In this document: positions 52,838 through 64,000 of the stretch, one piece after another
How the letters are laid out: each line of letters begins with the position of its first letter
Numbering within the stretch: the stretch's first letter is position 1
Assembly (NCBI GenBank): GCA_001643675.2
Contig: LSRY02000026.1
Coordinates: 992,001 to 1,056,000, forward strand
Reading direction: 5' to 3'
Source: Monocercomonoides exilis PA203
Lineage: Eukaryota > Protista > Preaxostyla
DNA: 64,000 nt
Notes under the pieces: generated by a model
Told to the model about the DNA's origin: nothing
Databases searched by the model: none
Seen by the model: only the letters and a program-made list of their open reading frames with translations
Position numbers and translations under genes: made by a program

Positions 52838-54180
52838 TTGTTAATGATTGTTTTTAATATTTTTGAACATATTTTAGAAAAACTATCTCAACTTAAGAAT
52901 TGCACTAAAGATGAGCAGAAACAGAAAATCGAAGAAATGAATGAAATGATTGATGAAATGAACGAGGATGAAATCAGATTCATTTTCACAAATGAACTGT
53001 TCAATGAAATAGATCAAATGATTGAAGAAAAGATAATATCAATGGAAAATGCAATCTTGTTGTTGAAGATCGTTGGATATAGCAAAGTTATAAAAAATAA
53101 TTGGCTTTTCTGTTTTCAAAAGTCTTCATTGAATAGAAGATTTGAAAAGATAATTGTTGAAGAAGAACAGAAAAAAGAAGAAAAGAATGAAAAGCTGATG
53201 ATTGATCTTTGCGAATGCTATCTTTTGCTTAACAAAGGAATTTCTTTGGAATTACATTCAATTTGTAGGTCTCATCTTCTGAAGGTTGCATTGAAGAAAG
53301 AGGGAAACGAGGAAATGCAAAAAGAGGTGGAAATCGCTTTATTGGCGTTGAGCAATTTTAGTAAATATGTTAGAACATTTTTTATTTCATTTTTTATTTC
53401 ATTTTTTATTTCATTTTTTAATAGCTTTCTGTCAATTTTTTTGAAAATGAAAGGATGCAAAAACTTTTCATGGATGAAATCAGAGAGATCATTCAATATC
53501 ATCAAGAGCATCACAATCTGACACGACTCGCCTATCAATCTGCTTGGAAAATTTTGACGGACAGATTTTGGGATGAGAAAGGCTTACTAGGAGTAATTGA
53601 AAATGAGCTGCATTTTGCGAGAGAAGCAGGAAGAGAATTGGAAGAGCTGATGAAATGTGTGGATTGGAAGAGAGAGAAAGAAGAGGATAGAGAAAAAGAA
53701 ACGAAAGAAGAGCTTGTTTTGATGAGATGGCTCAATAAGTTGGAGTTTTATTTTCACTTTCACGAATCGAGGAATGAAGAATATATTGGGCTTATCAGAA
53801 GCATTTTGAAATTATTTCGAGCATCAAAGGATAATCACAGAGACATATGCAATAAATGCTTTTATTTATTTGGAATAATTGTTTATGGAGTGGCATTGAG
53901 TGTTGATTGCTTGTTAAAAGGCGGTGTTATTAATGCTGTTTTGGAGGAGATTCAGCGGCAAACACTAAATGATGAAATTATACAGGAATGCTTGAATTTT
54001 TTTTATGCAATATTAAGGCGATTGAAAAAAGAAGAGGATGATGAAATTGAAGAAGCGAAACGACAAATTGTCAAAATGGAGTTGCATGAAAAGATGGAAG
54101 AAGAAGGGTACGAAGACATCTTACTGAGCTTTCATAAAGGTATTCGTGATTTTTCTGTATTTTATGCAGAGCTTATTTAA
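52838..54180 (+). CDS. Second member of the same helical protein family
   Basis: LCECYLLL, LLKVALKKEGNEEMQKEVEIALLALS, YHQEHHNLTRLAYQSAW, KMEEEGYED. Probable intron at about 53369-53453; 5' exon not resolved. Confidence 0.78.
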
Positions 54181-54666
54181 CTTTGAATATTTCTGATTAT
54201 TTTGTGAGCTTTTGAGAAAATTCATTGTATTTCGCAGCTCCGTATTTTTATTTTTTCTTTTTTGTATTCATCCCACGAAATCGAAAACAATTGAATCAAT
54301 TTGTTTGAATTATATTTACCCCACGAAGGTTGAACTTTTTTAGATCAATAAAACTTAAAATGAAATTACATACAAATGCTTCAAACATTTGTGTGGAGGA
54401 AAAAAAACAGGTGCAATGAAATCTATCTTTTTCCTCTTCATCTTCTTTGACATCTTCTTCTTCTCAAAGAAATAATCAGTCAATTAATTTTCACAATGCA
54501 TTTTATCTTTTTCTCCGAATTTCACTCAATCACTTATTCTGCAATGAACAAAAGAAAAAAAATTGATTCGCAATTTAGAGATAGGGTTATTATTTTGTCT
54601 TGACCCTTTTTCTTTATTCTGACCCAAAAAAAAAATGAAGTGTCAAAAGTTCAAAAAATAGCATAA

Positions 54667-56255
54667 TTAAAAGAAAACAAAATCAGAATAAATTCTTCTG
54701 ATAACTTTCCTTTTTCCTTCACCTCGATTTAATGCGGTATCTTTTTTTTTATCTTCAGAATCATCGTTTTTCACATGAAGAAATCTTCTTTTTATTTTTT
54801 TCTTTTCATCCACAACAGTCTTCACTTCATCTTTCTCCTTTTCATCCATTTCATTTTTCTTTTCAATATTCATTTTCAAATGATTTTCCCATTTTTTTAA
54901 AAGATTATCGTCGGTTATCACTTTTCCATAAAAGTTGAATCTATTTCTTCGGGATGGAAGAGGGGAAATTGAAGATTCGGGCAGTTTCAAAAGAACTGGC
55001 CCAGAAGAATTGTGAAGAACACCGCTGCAGACAAAAGCTTTCTAAATAACAAAAAGAGATAATGCTGTGTGGATGGCTTGATTTAGAACGTCGGAAGTTG
55101 CAGCTCGTTTAGAAGAAGATGAAGAGGAAAGTTGATCTTCAAATCTGTTTGTCAATTCAGATTTGAACACAGCGAACACTCCTCTGTCCAGTGGTTGACA
55201 GAGGTGTGTACTGTGTGGCACGAAGGTTAAAATGTCGACTTGTTGTTTTTGGAATTCTCGCCAGATCGATGGATCTGCGCGAGATGCATGCGAATCAAGG
55301 AGAAGAATGTGTTCGCTTTCTTGTGACATGCGCTTTCTTCTTTCGATGATCGAAGGTAGAAGAATGGTGAGAGCATTCCTTTTAAAGCACACGTTATCCA
55401 TCCAGCTGCTTCCATTTGCACATATTTTCAGCGTTGGAGATAACTATCTTTTTAGTCCGTCAAGCAGGTTTACACTTGGCTACAAAATTACAGAAGGAAA
55501 GGCATATCCGTCCGCTGCAACAGTTGCCACGAATGTAGAATTAATCATTCTTGGTAATTCTTTGGTGAAACCTGCTTTTGTATCTGCAGTATGCACAACA
55601 AGCTGTTTTGAGTCTGTGGGAACGCGCATTGAAGATTCATCGATGTTTATAATTAAAGCTAAATTTTAATGGAACTTTTCATGCAGCTCGTCGAGTGTTT
55701 TATACCAGGGTTTTAAAGCACTTCTGCACGAAACAGCCAGTCTGTTGATGTCCAAATTCTTCGGCGTTCCAGTCATCAGCTCAGGATAACGCTTGACAAA
55801 GCCATTCATGGCTGACATTGAAACTTCGGTAAATGGTGCGTCTTCGTCATCGATGTCATTTATAACATTTTCTATCTGAAAAACAAATAATAAAAACATA
55901 TAAATAAAAATAAAGCAAACCAATTCTCTTGTATTTTTTAACGTTAAACATGTTCCAGACTTTGCTTCAATGTGAATAATATCCAAAACTCTATGTTCCT
56001 TTTCGCCCACAACTGCTGCAGGTCTGCCAATTTTTCCAACCAGCCTTCCTTTTCTCAGATCTCCAACTGCATTCTTTATTCCAGTGCGACTAAATTCCTT
56101 AGAATTGATAGCATCAGTTATACGAACAACTCCATCAACAACGATATGAGTCATTCGCTCCAGCCGACTGTGATACTTCCTGTACTTGCGAAAAGACATT
56201 GCTCTCTGTAATTTTTTCTGTCCTTCTTTTTATTTAGTTTCTGTAGATATTTTCA
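54667..56255 (-). mobile_element. Decayed pogo-like DD35D transposase gene, copy 2
   Basis: INIDESS, TVAADG, LLLDSHASR...FVPHSTHLCQPLDRGVF with 35 residues between the second and third Asp; intron at about 55876-55920; stops and frameshifts. Confidence 0.82.
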
Positions 56256-56822
56256 TTTTTTAATAATATTTTCAAGATCATAATAATTTTTTATTTTTTT
56301 AAATTGAAACGAAATAAAAAAAATCGAAAAATAACATTTTTAACAAACAAAAAATTTTATGCCCCATGAAACCCTCCAATTCCACACAGAAGTTCAATGA
56401 AGGGGCTAAACCCCTCCATCTCCCCCCCAAGCGAAATTGGGTTTGTTTCAAAATGGATTTATTTTTATCTTTTGAATTCATAAATATACGAAAAATTCTT
56501 TTTAAATATGAAATTGTGGGGGAAAAATACAGATTCAGTGAAAAATTATACTGATATTTTAAAAAAAAGGTTAAGAGAAAATTATTTCCATTTTTTAAAA
56601 AATTTCATGGAAATGTGATTTATTCGACTTCGTGTTAATAATCTCAAGGAGAAAGAAGAACAAATCGACACCTCTTTCAATTACACCAACTATAAAAAAT
56701 TTTGAATAACAGTTATTCAAAGAAATACTTTTGAAACAAGTCATTTGGCTTTTTTATTGATAAACAGTTTTCTCATAATAATAGCTTGGATTAAGAAAAG
56801 ATCAAAGAGTCAGAATTAGCAT

Positions 56823-56824
<2 letters not shown>

Positions 56825-56864
<40 letters not shown>
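56825..56864. repeat. Poly(A) tract
   Basis: About 40 consecutive A. Confidence 0.9.
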
Positions 56865-56865
<1 letters not shown>

Positions 56866-57510
56866 ATTCTTTTTTTTTATCAAATGCACAATAATGATGA
56901 TTTTTCATTTTCGAATAAAGAAATTTTATAAAAAAATCTGAATATATTTCAATTTTCATCGTATGTATATTTAGATGAATTTTGAATTGAAATTTTCTAT
57001 TTGAATAAATCCAACTTATTTGAATGAACTGTGTTTTTCTTAAATGAAGTCATGTTATTTTAAATGGTTGAAGTTACACTTGAATAAAGTGCGATACACT
57101 TTAATAAATAATTTTTGAAAAAGCGGTGAACACTATCAATAAAATTTCATGTTTTTTCTTTCACTTTATCAACAAAAAAAGAAATGAAAAACTCTTGAAA
57201 ATAGAGATGTTTCTTTATCCTCAAAAAAAATTTCTGACATGTTTCAAGATGATTTTGTTTGATAGAATGAACTCGAAATATAGAATATTTTATGCTTATT
57301 CTTGTTATTCTGTTCTATTTTCAACTTTTTAACTTTTTTTGATCTCTGTGTAATAAAATATAAAAAACAAAAATTTGTTTCTATTGATGTTCGCGGAGTA
57401 ATCAACTGCAAACAAAGCATATATTTCTGAAAAGCTCAGTTGAGTTGACAGATTGATGCAGCATTATACTTCACCACTTTCTCCGTTGACAGGATATATA
57501 ATATTTTCAT

Positions 57511-60370
57511 TTATTGATTTATTTCACAAAGCCTCCATATTCTTCTCGACCTCTTTTTCCATTCTCTTCTCCACTGCTCTTCTTGTAATATCTCCATCGT
57601 CACCATTCCAAATGCCTTTGGATCTTTTCTGATGTTATCATTTTCAATCTTTCTCAGATATTCTGCTTCATTCTTTGCATTCCACAATCGAACATCCAAT
57701 ATCATTGATGCATTCAGAACAATTAATAATGCCGCAACAAGCACAAGCGCAATCACAATCAACAACCAATAAGATTTTCCTTCTTTTCCTCCTTTAACAA
57801 GTTTTCCATCTCCCTTTAGCTCAGATTCAGTTCTGTTCTTTAGGATAAATGCCTCCGATAATAAAAGAGAATCAATCTTTCCAAACAAGATCTTTACATA
57901 TACTTTCATTGCTTCTTTCGCGTTGTAACAATTGATGATGGAATGGATGTGTGAAACTCTATTTCACCTGCAAACCCTTCTGACTGCAGCGGATTCACCT
58001 GCAGCTTGTGAACCGAGACATCGAAGGAATTAACCTGGAGGGACAAGCCACAGGGCAGAAGCAAGGAATTATAAAGATCAACGGCAAGGGTACTGCCTTG
58101 CAGGCGAAACTTCACTGAAGCCAGCTGTGGAATGAAAAGCACTGATTCTCTTTCTCAGGCCAAGCCTTCGAAGGTGTAATCATCGTCCGCAATTCACGTC
58201 GAAGTTCTGAAGAAAGCCATCCCCGCCTTTCAGGCTTTGAATGAACAGTAGTGCATGGTCTGAGCAGGCGATGTCGTTCCTCGTGGATGGATAGCATGTG
58301 CATTTGGGTTGTTATTGGTAAACAATCCAAATTGCACGAAGATGCTTCCAATTGACACAGACAGCCCTCCTTTCAATGAATTGGCGATTGTGGTGTCTTT
58401 CATTTATCCTGAACAATTGAGAAGATCAACCATCGATCCGCTCCACTGGCATAGCTCTTCTGATCGCTTGTCGTTCGTTCTCAGCTCTGACGCGCTTGCT
58501 GCTCCGTCGAATACGCACAAAGACATGCAAGTATCTGTCAAATCTGTCAACGCCGCAATGAAACATTTTTTATACGAAGAAGCACACATTTTGTTCGAGC
58601 ATTTCTTCAACTCCAGCAACAAAGACAAAGATGAGACAGCCAAACAGCACGGGCCAAGCGAATCTCGGGTTATGTTTTTTAATGAAGAGTGTTTCAACCG
58701 AAATGCTGAGTCATTCGACGTCACGCTCACTGCGCACCCATCCCCAAGCATCGTGTTAGAAATTGTCAACAAATTCACATCCGCATCCGTTTCTTGGCAT
58801 TTAACAGAAACCAACGATTCACTTGAAATGCGCGTATCATCAAATTCCAAATGAATGCCCTGGATGTTTGAATGATCTCCTGAACAGTCTGAGGAAAGCA
58901 CAATCAAGCTTTCTTTGCTCTCTGCATTCCTGACTTGAACCTTCTGCAGCTGGCAGTCTTTGCAGTTGCGAAGAATTAGGCATAATCGCTGAGCGCTGCA
59001 ATTGAATGCATGCACCTACTGCATTGAGAGGTTCGCCAGATTGCGGAAGTCCAATAACGCACTAGAATTCACATCTGTGAAATTCAGAAACGCACACGAG
59101 AAATATTGCCCACAACTTGCTGCCAGGCATGAAGAACTGAGATAGTGGCCAGCAAAAGTGCAGTCAGACATCGTCAATCTTCCCCACTCATTTCAACAAT
59201 CGAGCAATTCAGTTCAATTTCAGATCCTTCACCAGAAGCTTCTTGAGCAAATATTGTATCGTCAATCAACAAGTTGACATCAGCAAGCGACAGCAACCTC
59301 AAATGCGGAGAAGAAAAAGCGCTTCAAAATGAAAACGTCAGAAATTTTATTTTCACTATCGACGAATACGAAATGAGACTTCCCATCTTGCTTTCGATGA
59401 TGAGGTTCATTAGAATATCCACTCCAATGCCTTCAGGATCCAGCTGCTCGATTGAGACATCGCTTGTGCTTGCTTCTCCTGACGCCACAGCGCTTTTGTC
59501 AATCAGCAAATTGCTGCAAACCGAAGGAATTATGTGGGGAAGCGCAGAATTCAACGAAATGCATGGTTCTCTCATTGCACCACACTGGCGCGTGTCAGAG
59601 GCATTGTCGACTGAAGAAGATGCAAATATCGTTTCGCTCTGATACACAACTACAAGCAGCAGAAGATCTTGCTCTTCGCAATAGTTGGTTGCGGTGCAAC
59701 TCTACATGGTAAGATCCCGAACAAACGGAGGTCTGAAGTCGAGCTGGATGAGCTCGATGCTGATTTGAGATTTAATATTCGTGCATCTCACATACAGGTC
59801 TCGTCCTGTGAATGCCTTGTTGTTCATGAAAGTTGTGTTTTCCAAGAGGAACGGCAAAGGACTGTCGCATGCGATTGTTGAGCAATCCAGAAATATTGCT
59901 CCTCCTCTAACGGTCGCTGAGCAGAAGTATTCAAAGACAGCCAAAAAACGACATTTGAAAAATCCTTCTTTGTTCGATTTCGTGATCATTCCTCCACCGC
60001 TCTCGCTTTGGCTGTTTCCACAGTTCTTCATCGATGTGTTTTGCACAGACACGCTGCAAGGCTCGCCGCCAGTGCAGCTGATGATGGATGGCTCAGATGG
60101 TGCATTTTGGAGAAGCGAATGGAGCGTGCAGCATTTCAGTTGCACTGTTGGACTGCCACCTTCATTCAATCTCTGCGACTCGCCTCTCCACTCAGCCTGC
60201 ACCAGCACAGACACAATGCTTTTGCACATAGGTTCAATATTGCTCATCGAGACATTCGTCAAGTTAATGCTGCTCTCATGATATGCCATTATAATGTGAC
60301 TTTTGCACTTGATAGATTGGAACGAGCAGAATGACAATTCGCATGTTCCAGACAAGCAGGCAACAACACA
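57511..60370 (-). pseudogene. Decayed surface-protein family gene
   Basis: NNKAFTGRDLYVRC, DTRQCGAMREPCISLN, LCQWSGSMVDL, TM YWLLIVIALVLVAALL, NIRKDPKAFGMVTME are homologous to the 35.5-44.8 kb gene. Many frameshifts; truncated before the kinase-like domain. Confidence 0.8.
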
Positions 60371-61608
60371 ATAAGGAATATCTGCTGGAGAAGCTCAGGT
60401 AAATAGCAAGAGAAAAGCGGTTGAACTACGTTCATTATTCAATGAAATAATGAAGACATGTTTCTTTGTTTTTTTATCTTTTTCAAAAAATAATATCAAT
60501 TTCACATATTGTCTGATTATTTTTTCCAGTCTTTTAATGCCATTGAGCCGATAAAAGTGAAAATACCAGTTGTTTGCATATATGTTGATGCAATCCAATT
60601 TGTCGTTCAACAATTTTCAATTTGCTAATTTTACTCAAATAAAAAGAATATTATTCATTTCATAATTCACGAAATTCTTCTTTTCATCAATTTTTTAAAA
60701 TGTAAAAACATGTGGATTACATAATTAGAAGGTGTAACAATCAACGAATGAAACCTTGATATGTTTTGAATCGTTTGTTGGTGAAAAAGAATTATAATAG
60801 TTCAAAAAATATTTCGATCCTTATGATCTTTGAAAGTATTTTGTGAAAACAACAAAAATCATTTCCAAAACAACCTTTTCAACATTCAAATAAAATTTGT
60901 TTGTTTTTGCAATCAATTTTATACACATTTAAAATACATGTTTTTTATCAAATTTTTCGCAACTCAAATGTACTCGGTCTATGATTGAATATGTTTTCAA
61001 TAATTCTTTTTCTGTTTATGATTATATTTTTTTATCAAAAGATCATAAAACAAAACTCGAGCAAAAACAAATTCTTTTAAGAATAATATAAAAAATTCTG
61101 TTGTCCATTTTATTGTGTTGTCAACAATTCAAAAATTGAAGATATAAGAAAATTAACAAATAAAAAATAATTATTTTCTAAAAAAAAAGTCTCTTATTCT
61201 GTTATCAGCCAATAATATGTGTGACTGTGTTTCAAAGATAAGGAATAAATGAATTTAATTTCAATTGGTTAGAATATTTTTGTTTTTTTCTATTAAATAG
61301 TTTTTTTTCGAAGAAAACAGATAAAAATATCTGTAAAAATATTTTGTATTCAAATAACTTTTGGAATTAATTCCTAAAAAATATTTCAGTTTTCAAAAAG
61401 AAAGAAGGTTTCAATTGACAACATGACACAAAAAAATATTCCATTTGGAAACACAAGCACATGCTTAAAAATTTGTTCGCAAATATATTCACAAAAACGA
61501 ACACATATACACTTTTCACAAATATATAATTAATTGATCACAAAATGTACAATTATCATTTTACTATTTGTATTTTAAAAATGAAATCATGAAATGCGAC
61601 AATGATAT

Positions 61609-64000
61609 TCATGACAAGCCAGATCCAGAAAGAGAATTTTGTGGTTCAACAGGTGATTGGCATGTGTGACTATCAATCGAGCGAGGATGCATTGGAACTT
61701 GCTTGAATCTATCAGGCACCCAATCTATCTTTTGAATGTCTTCTGAGGACTTGATATTAGTTTCTATTCCTGTTGCATTTTCTTTGAAGGAAGTTAAGAC
61801 TTTTGATGAATCAAGAATATATCTCCTAGAAGTTTTTTGAGTATCTCTTTCGCTCTGTTGTCTCTCTTGCTGCTTAACTTTTTCCTCTTTCATTTCTTTC
61901 AGGACAACTTCACGATCTCTCATTGTGATGCAATTCACGGGGCAGATTGCTTCACATAACCCACAGCCCACACACGTAGGTGAAACAATGGGAATGCGAA
62001 GTGCTCGATCAAAAGCAATGCTAAAGTACCCGCTGTCAAAACACGCAATATGGCAAAGTCCGCAACGAATACAATGAGTCAGACTGATTGAAGACATCAG
62101 CCTGATGGTACCTTGAGAGGAAATAGAAGATGAATTACACCCAGACATTGAATGAGAAGAGAAAGATGAATCAGAATGATCCATTAAGGAAGAAATAGGC
62201 TCCACAGAATCGATTTTGGAGCCAATAAGAAAGGACAATGGATTAGATTCTTCAATTTTTTTGAGAGAAGAGCTGCACATCTGACAATTTGATTGCATTT
62301 TCCTGCTTTTGTCCCACTTTTGCATCCATTTAGTTCCATCTTTTTCCTCTTGAACAGCTTCAGGATCTCTTTCGCTCCAACTTGTATGTTTGATTTTAAC
62401 CACATGAGATGAAAGCCTACTCGAATCTCTCCTTTTTTCATCCTTTGGACAGAAACATCCATACTCGTTGTTCTCATCAGCGTTTCCACAGTAGTCAAAA
62501 TGCACATTTAATCCATCGCACACAGGAAGAGGTGCTGATACGATTTCTTCAATGTCTGACGAAATTTTTCGTTCCTTGAAAGGTCCAAAGGAAGTATCTG
62601 GAGTTAAACGGGTGGAAAGCATTGGTGGGAACGGATGATGACTCCAGAAAGTGAACGGAGGGACGAATGAAAGAGATGGCAGCGTATTTTGAGATTCATC
62701 AGAAGGCAAATAATCTTCTTTTGAAGAAGAGAAAGTGGAAGCAGCAACAGAGAAAGAAGAAGAAGAAGACGAGTTTAATTCATCAATTTTCTTTTTATTC
62801 TTCTCATTAGCTTCTTTCTCTCTTTCAAACTCTACAAAATTTCTAACCGTGTGCCTCATTGACTCTTCCATTACAAACCATTTCAGCCCTGTTAAAATAG
62901 GCTGTAACGACATTTCAAATCCCTTTGCGAATAAAAGCGACGAAGCAACAACAAGCGAAGCTCCGTGCTGTAGCGCAGAAAAGACATCCGAGCCGTTCTG
63001 AATGCCACCGCTGAAAATAAGCGGTACAAGAGGAAAATGATCCTTATTTGGAAGCATATTTAAATAAATGCTGAACGGAGAAGACGATGAACCAGATAAA
63101 CCATTAGAATTCCAGTTCTGCGATCGAATTGCCTTGTCATTGAAGCGCTTGGAGATGTTTGTAACAGCAGAAAGTGCAAATGGATAAAGTGATGTACCAT
63201 CTATGGCGGAATACGTGGTTATTGGATCGTCTTGAAGGAGGCGAAAACTACCATTGTGCTTTCCATTAGACAATATAGCTTCCGGCTCTTTCACAGTAAC
63301 ATCAGGTGGATGAGAATTGTTATCCTTTGGCAATGTTAAGTTTACTTTCGGATAAGAATTTGTTTCATTTTCTGATGAAGCAGATTTTGAATCGCTAGTT
63401 TTAATTAAAGGAAGCAAGCTATGTCCAGTTTGTGCATTCGACTGAAGTATTCCTGCAATTGGAGACACAGCCACAAGGCAGATCAAAGAAGGAAGATGAG
63501 AAAGCGGAGAAGAAGCCGAAAGGAATGAGTCGATTCGACTCGTAACAGAAACAAGACTCGATCCTTGTTTCAAATCATTTGAAGCACCTATCATTATTTG
63601 TGCAGTGTCTGTCTTAAATTTGTTGCTCATGGGGAATTCTTGTTCGCTTGGCTTGATTCCTTTCAACGCATTATCAATAGCAAGAACTCTTCTGGTGTTC
63701 AGCGAAGCAACAATTGCTGAAAGAAGATTGAGCGAATCTGTTGTATGGTTGGACAGCTTCACAAATAATGGAATAGAAAGTGCAGAAGAAAGTGCGGAAA
63801 GCAGCGAATGAATGCAAAATGGGCAGAAGGAGAAGCTGCTTGAATTAGACAAGAACGAAGGAGACTCGTTGAAAGCCTCTGAATTGCATAACCCAGAAAG
63901 CCAATCTGCTGATGGTGAAGAAGAAAGTGGAGAAAAAGGCGATTCATCGGGAAAAGAAGAGGGAGAGCTGTAGTCACAAGAACCTTCACCAAAGCAGCAA
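61609..64000 (-). CDS. 3' part of a divergent dihydropyrimidine dehydrogenase-like protein (FMN barrel + C-terminal 2x[4Fe-4S]); frame open to the right edge
   Basis: IPLFVKLS, GTSLYPFALSAVTNIS, PLIFSGGIQNGSDVFSALQHGASLV, CIRCGLCHIACFDSGY..CVGCGLCEAICPVNCITM follow DPYD/PreA domain order, with long Ser-rich insertions. Confidence 0.75.
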   Translation of the reverse strand, partial: CCFGEGSCDYSSPSSFPDESPFSPLSSSPSADWLSGLCNSEAFNESPSFLSNSSSFSFCPFCIHSLLSALSSALSIPLFVKLSNHTTDSLNLLSAIVASLNTRRVLAIDNALKGIKPSEQEFPMSNKFKTDTAQIMIGASNDLKQGSSLVSVTSRIDSFLSASSPLSHLPSLICLVAVSPIAGILQSNAQTGHSLLPLIKTSDSKSASSENETNSYPKVNLTLPKDNNSHPPDVTVKEPEAILSNGKHNGSFRLLQDDPITTYSAIDGTSLYPFALSAVTNISKRFNDKAIRSQNWNSNGLSGSSSSPFSIYLNMLPNKDHFPLVPLIFSGGIQNGSDVFSALQHGASLVVASSLLFAKGFEMSLQPILTGLKWFVMEESMRHTVRNFVEFEREKEANEKNKKKIDELNSSSSSSFSVAASTFSSSKEDYLPSDESQNTLPSLSFVPPFTFWSHHPFPPMLSTRLTPDTSFGPFKERKISSDIEEIVSAPLPVCDGLNVHFDYCGNADENNEYGCFCPKDEKRRDSSRLSSHVVKIKHTSWSERDPEAVQEEKDGTKWMQKWDKSRKMQSNCQMCSSSLKKIEESNPLSFLIGSKIDSVEPISSLMDHSDSSFSSHSMSGCNSSSISSQGTIRLMSSISLTHCIRCGLCHIACFDSGYFSIAFDRALRIPIVSPTCVGCGLCEAICPVNCITMRDREVVLKEMKEEKVKQQERQQSERDTQKTSRRYILDSSKVLTSFKENATGIETNIKSSEDIQKIDWVPDRFKQVPMHPRSIDSHTCQSPVEPQNSLSGSGLS

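Noticed and set aside
1-64000. CRISPR arrays, tRNA or rRNA genes
   Set aside because: No regularly spaced repeat-spacer array, cloverleaf or rRNA signature seen by eye; tRNAscan or Infernal would be needed to exclude them fully.

Overview
AT-rich eukaryotic (protist) genomic DNA with short spliceosomal introns (donors mostly GTTTGT/GTTTGG) and the standard genetic code. The gene families (giant Cys/Gly-rich beta-helix-like surface proteins with a C-terminal kinase-like domain, 'YHQEH..LTRLAYQSAW' helical proteins) suggest an oxymonad such as Monocercomonoides; this is inference. Most of the window is repeat- and pseudogene-rich: a decayed DIRS-type tyrosine-recombinase retrotransposon (~2.9-8.0 kb), two decayed pogo-like transposases, several decayed surface-protein genes, one nearly intact ~9.2 kb surface-receptor gene and the 3' part of a divergent dihydropyrimidine-dehydrogenase-like gene. 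The most unusual feature is an ~8 kb inverted-repeat-bounded DNA transposon (~16.85-24.85 kb). It has four parts: (i) a spliced Sola-like DDD transposase gene with a complete ubiquitin-specific protease (USP/C19) domain inserted inside it; (ii) a divergently transcribed, intact paralog with the same N-terminal domain and intron plus a second USP domain, but no transposase core; (iii) a compact, pseudoknot-capable structured RNA with a cUUCGg hairpin and G-U strand asymmetry, starting just after the transposase stop codon; (iv) three copies of a ~200 bp end repeat. It sits at the centre of a large imperfect palindrome of two CFAP61-like pseudogenes.
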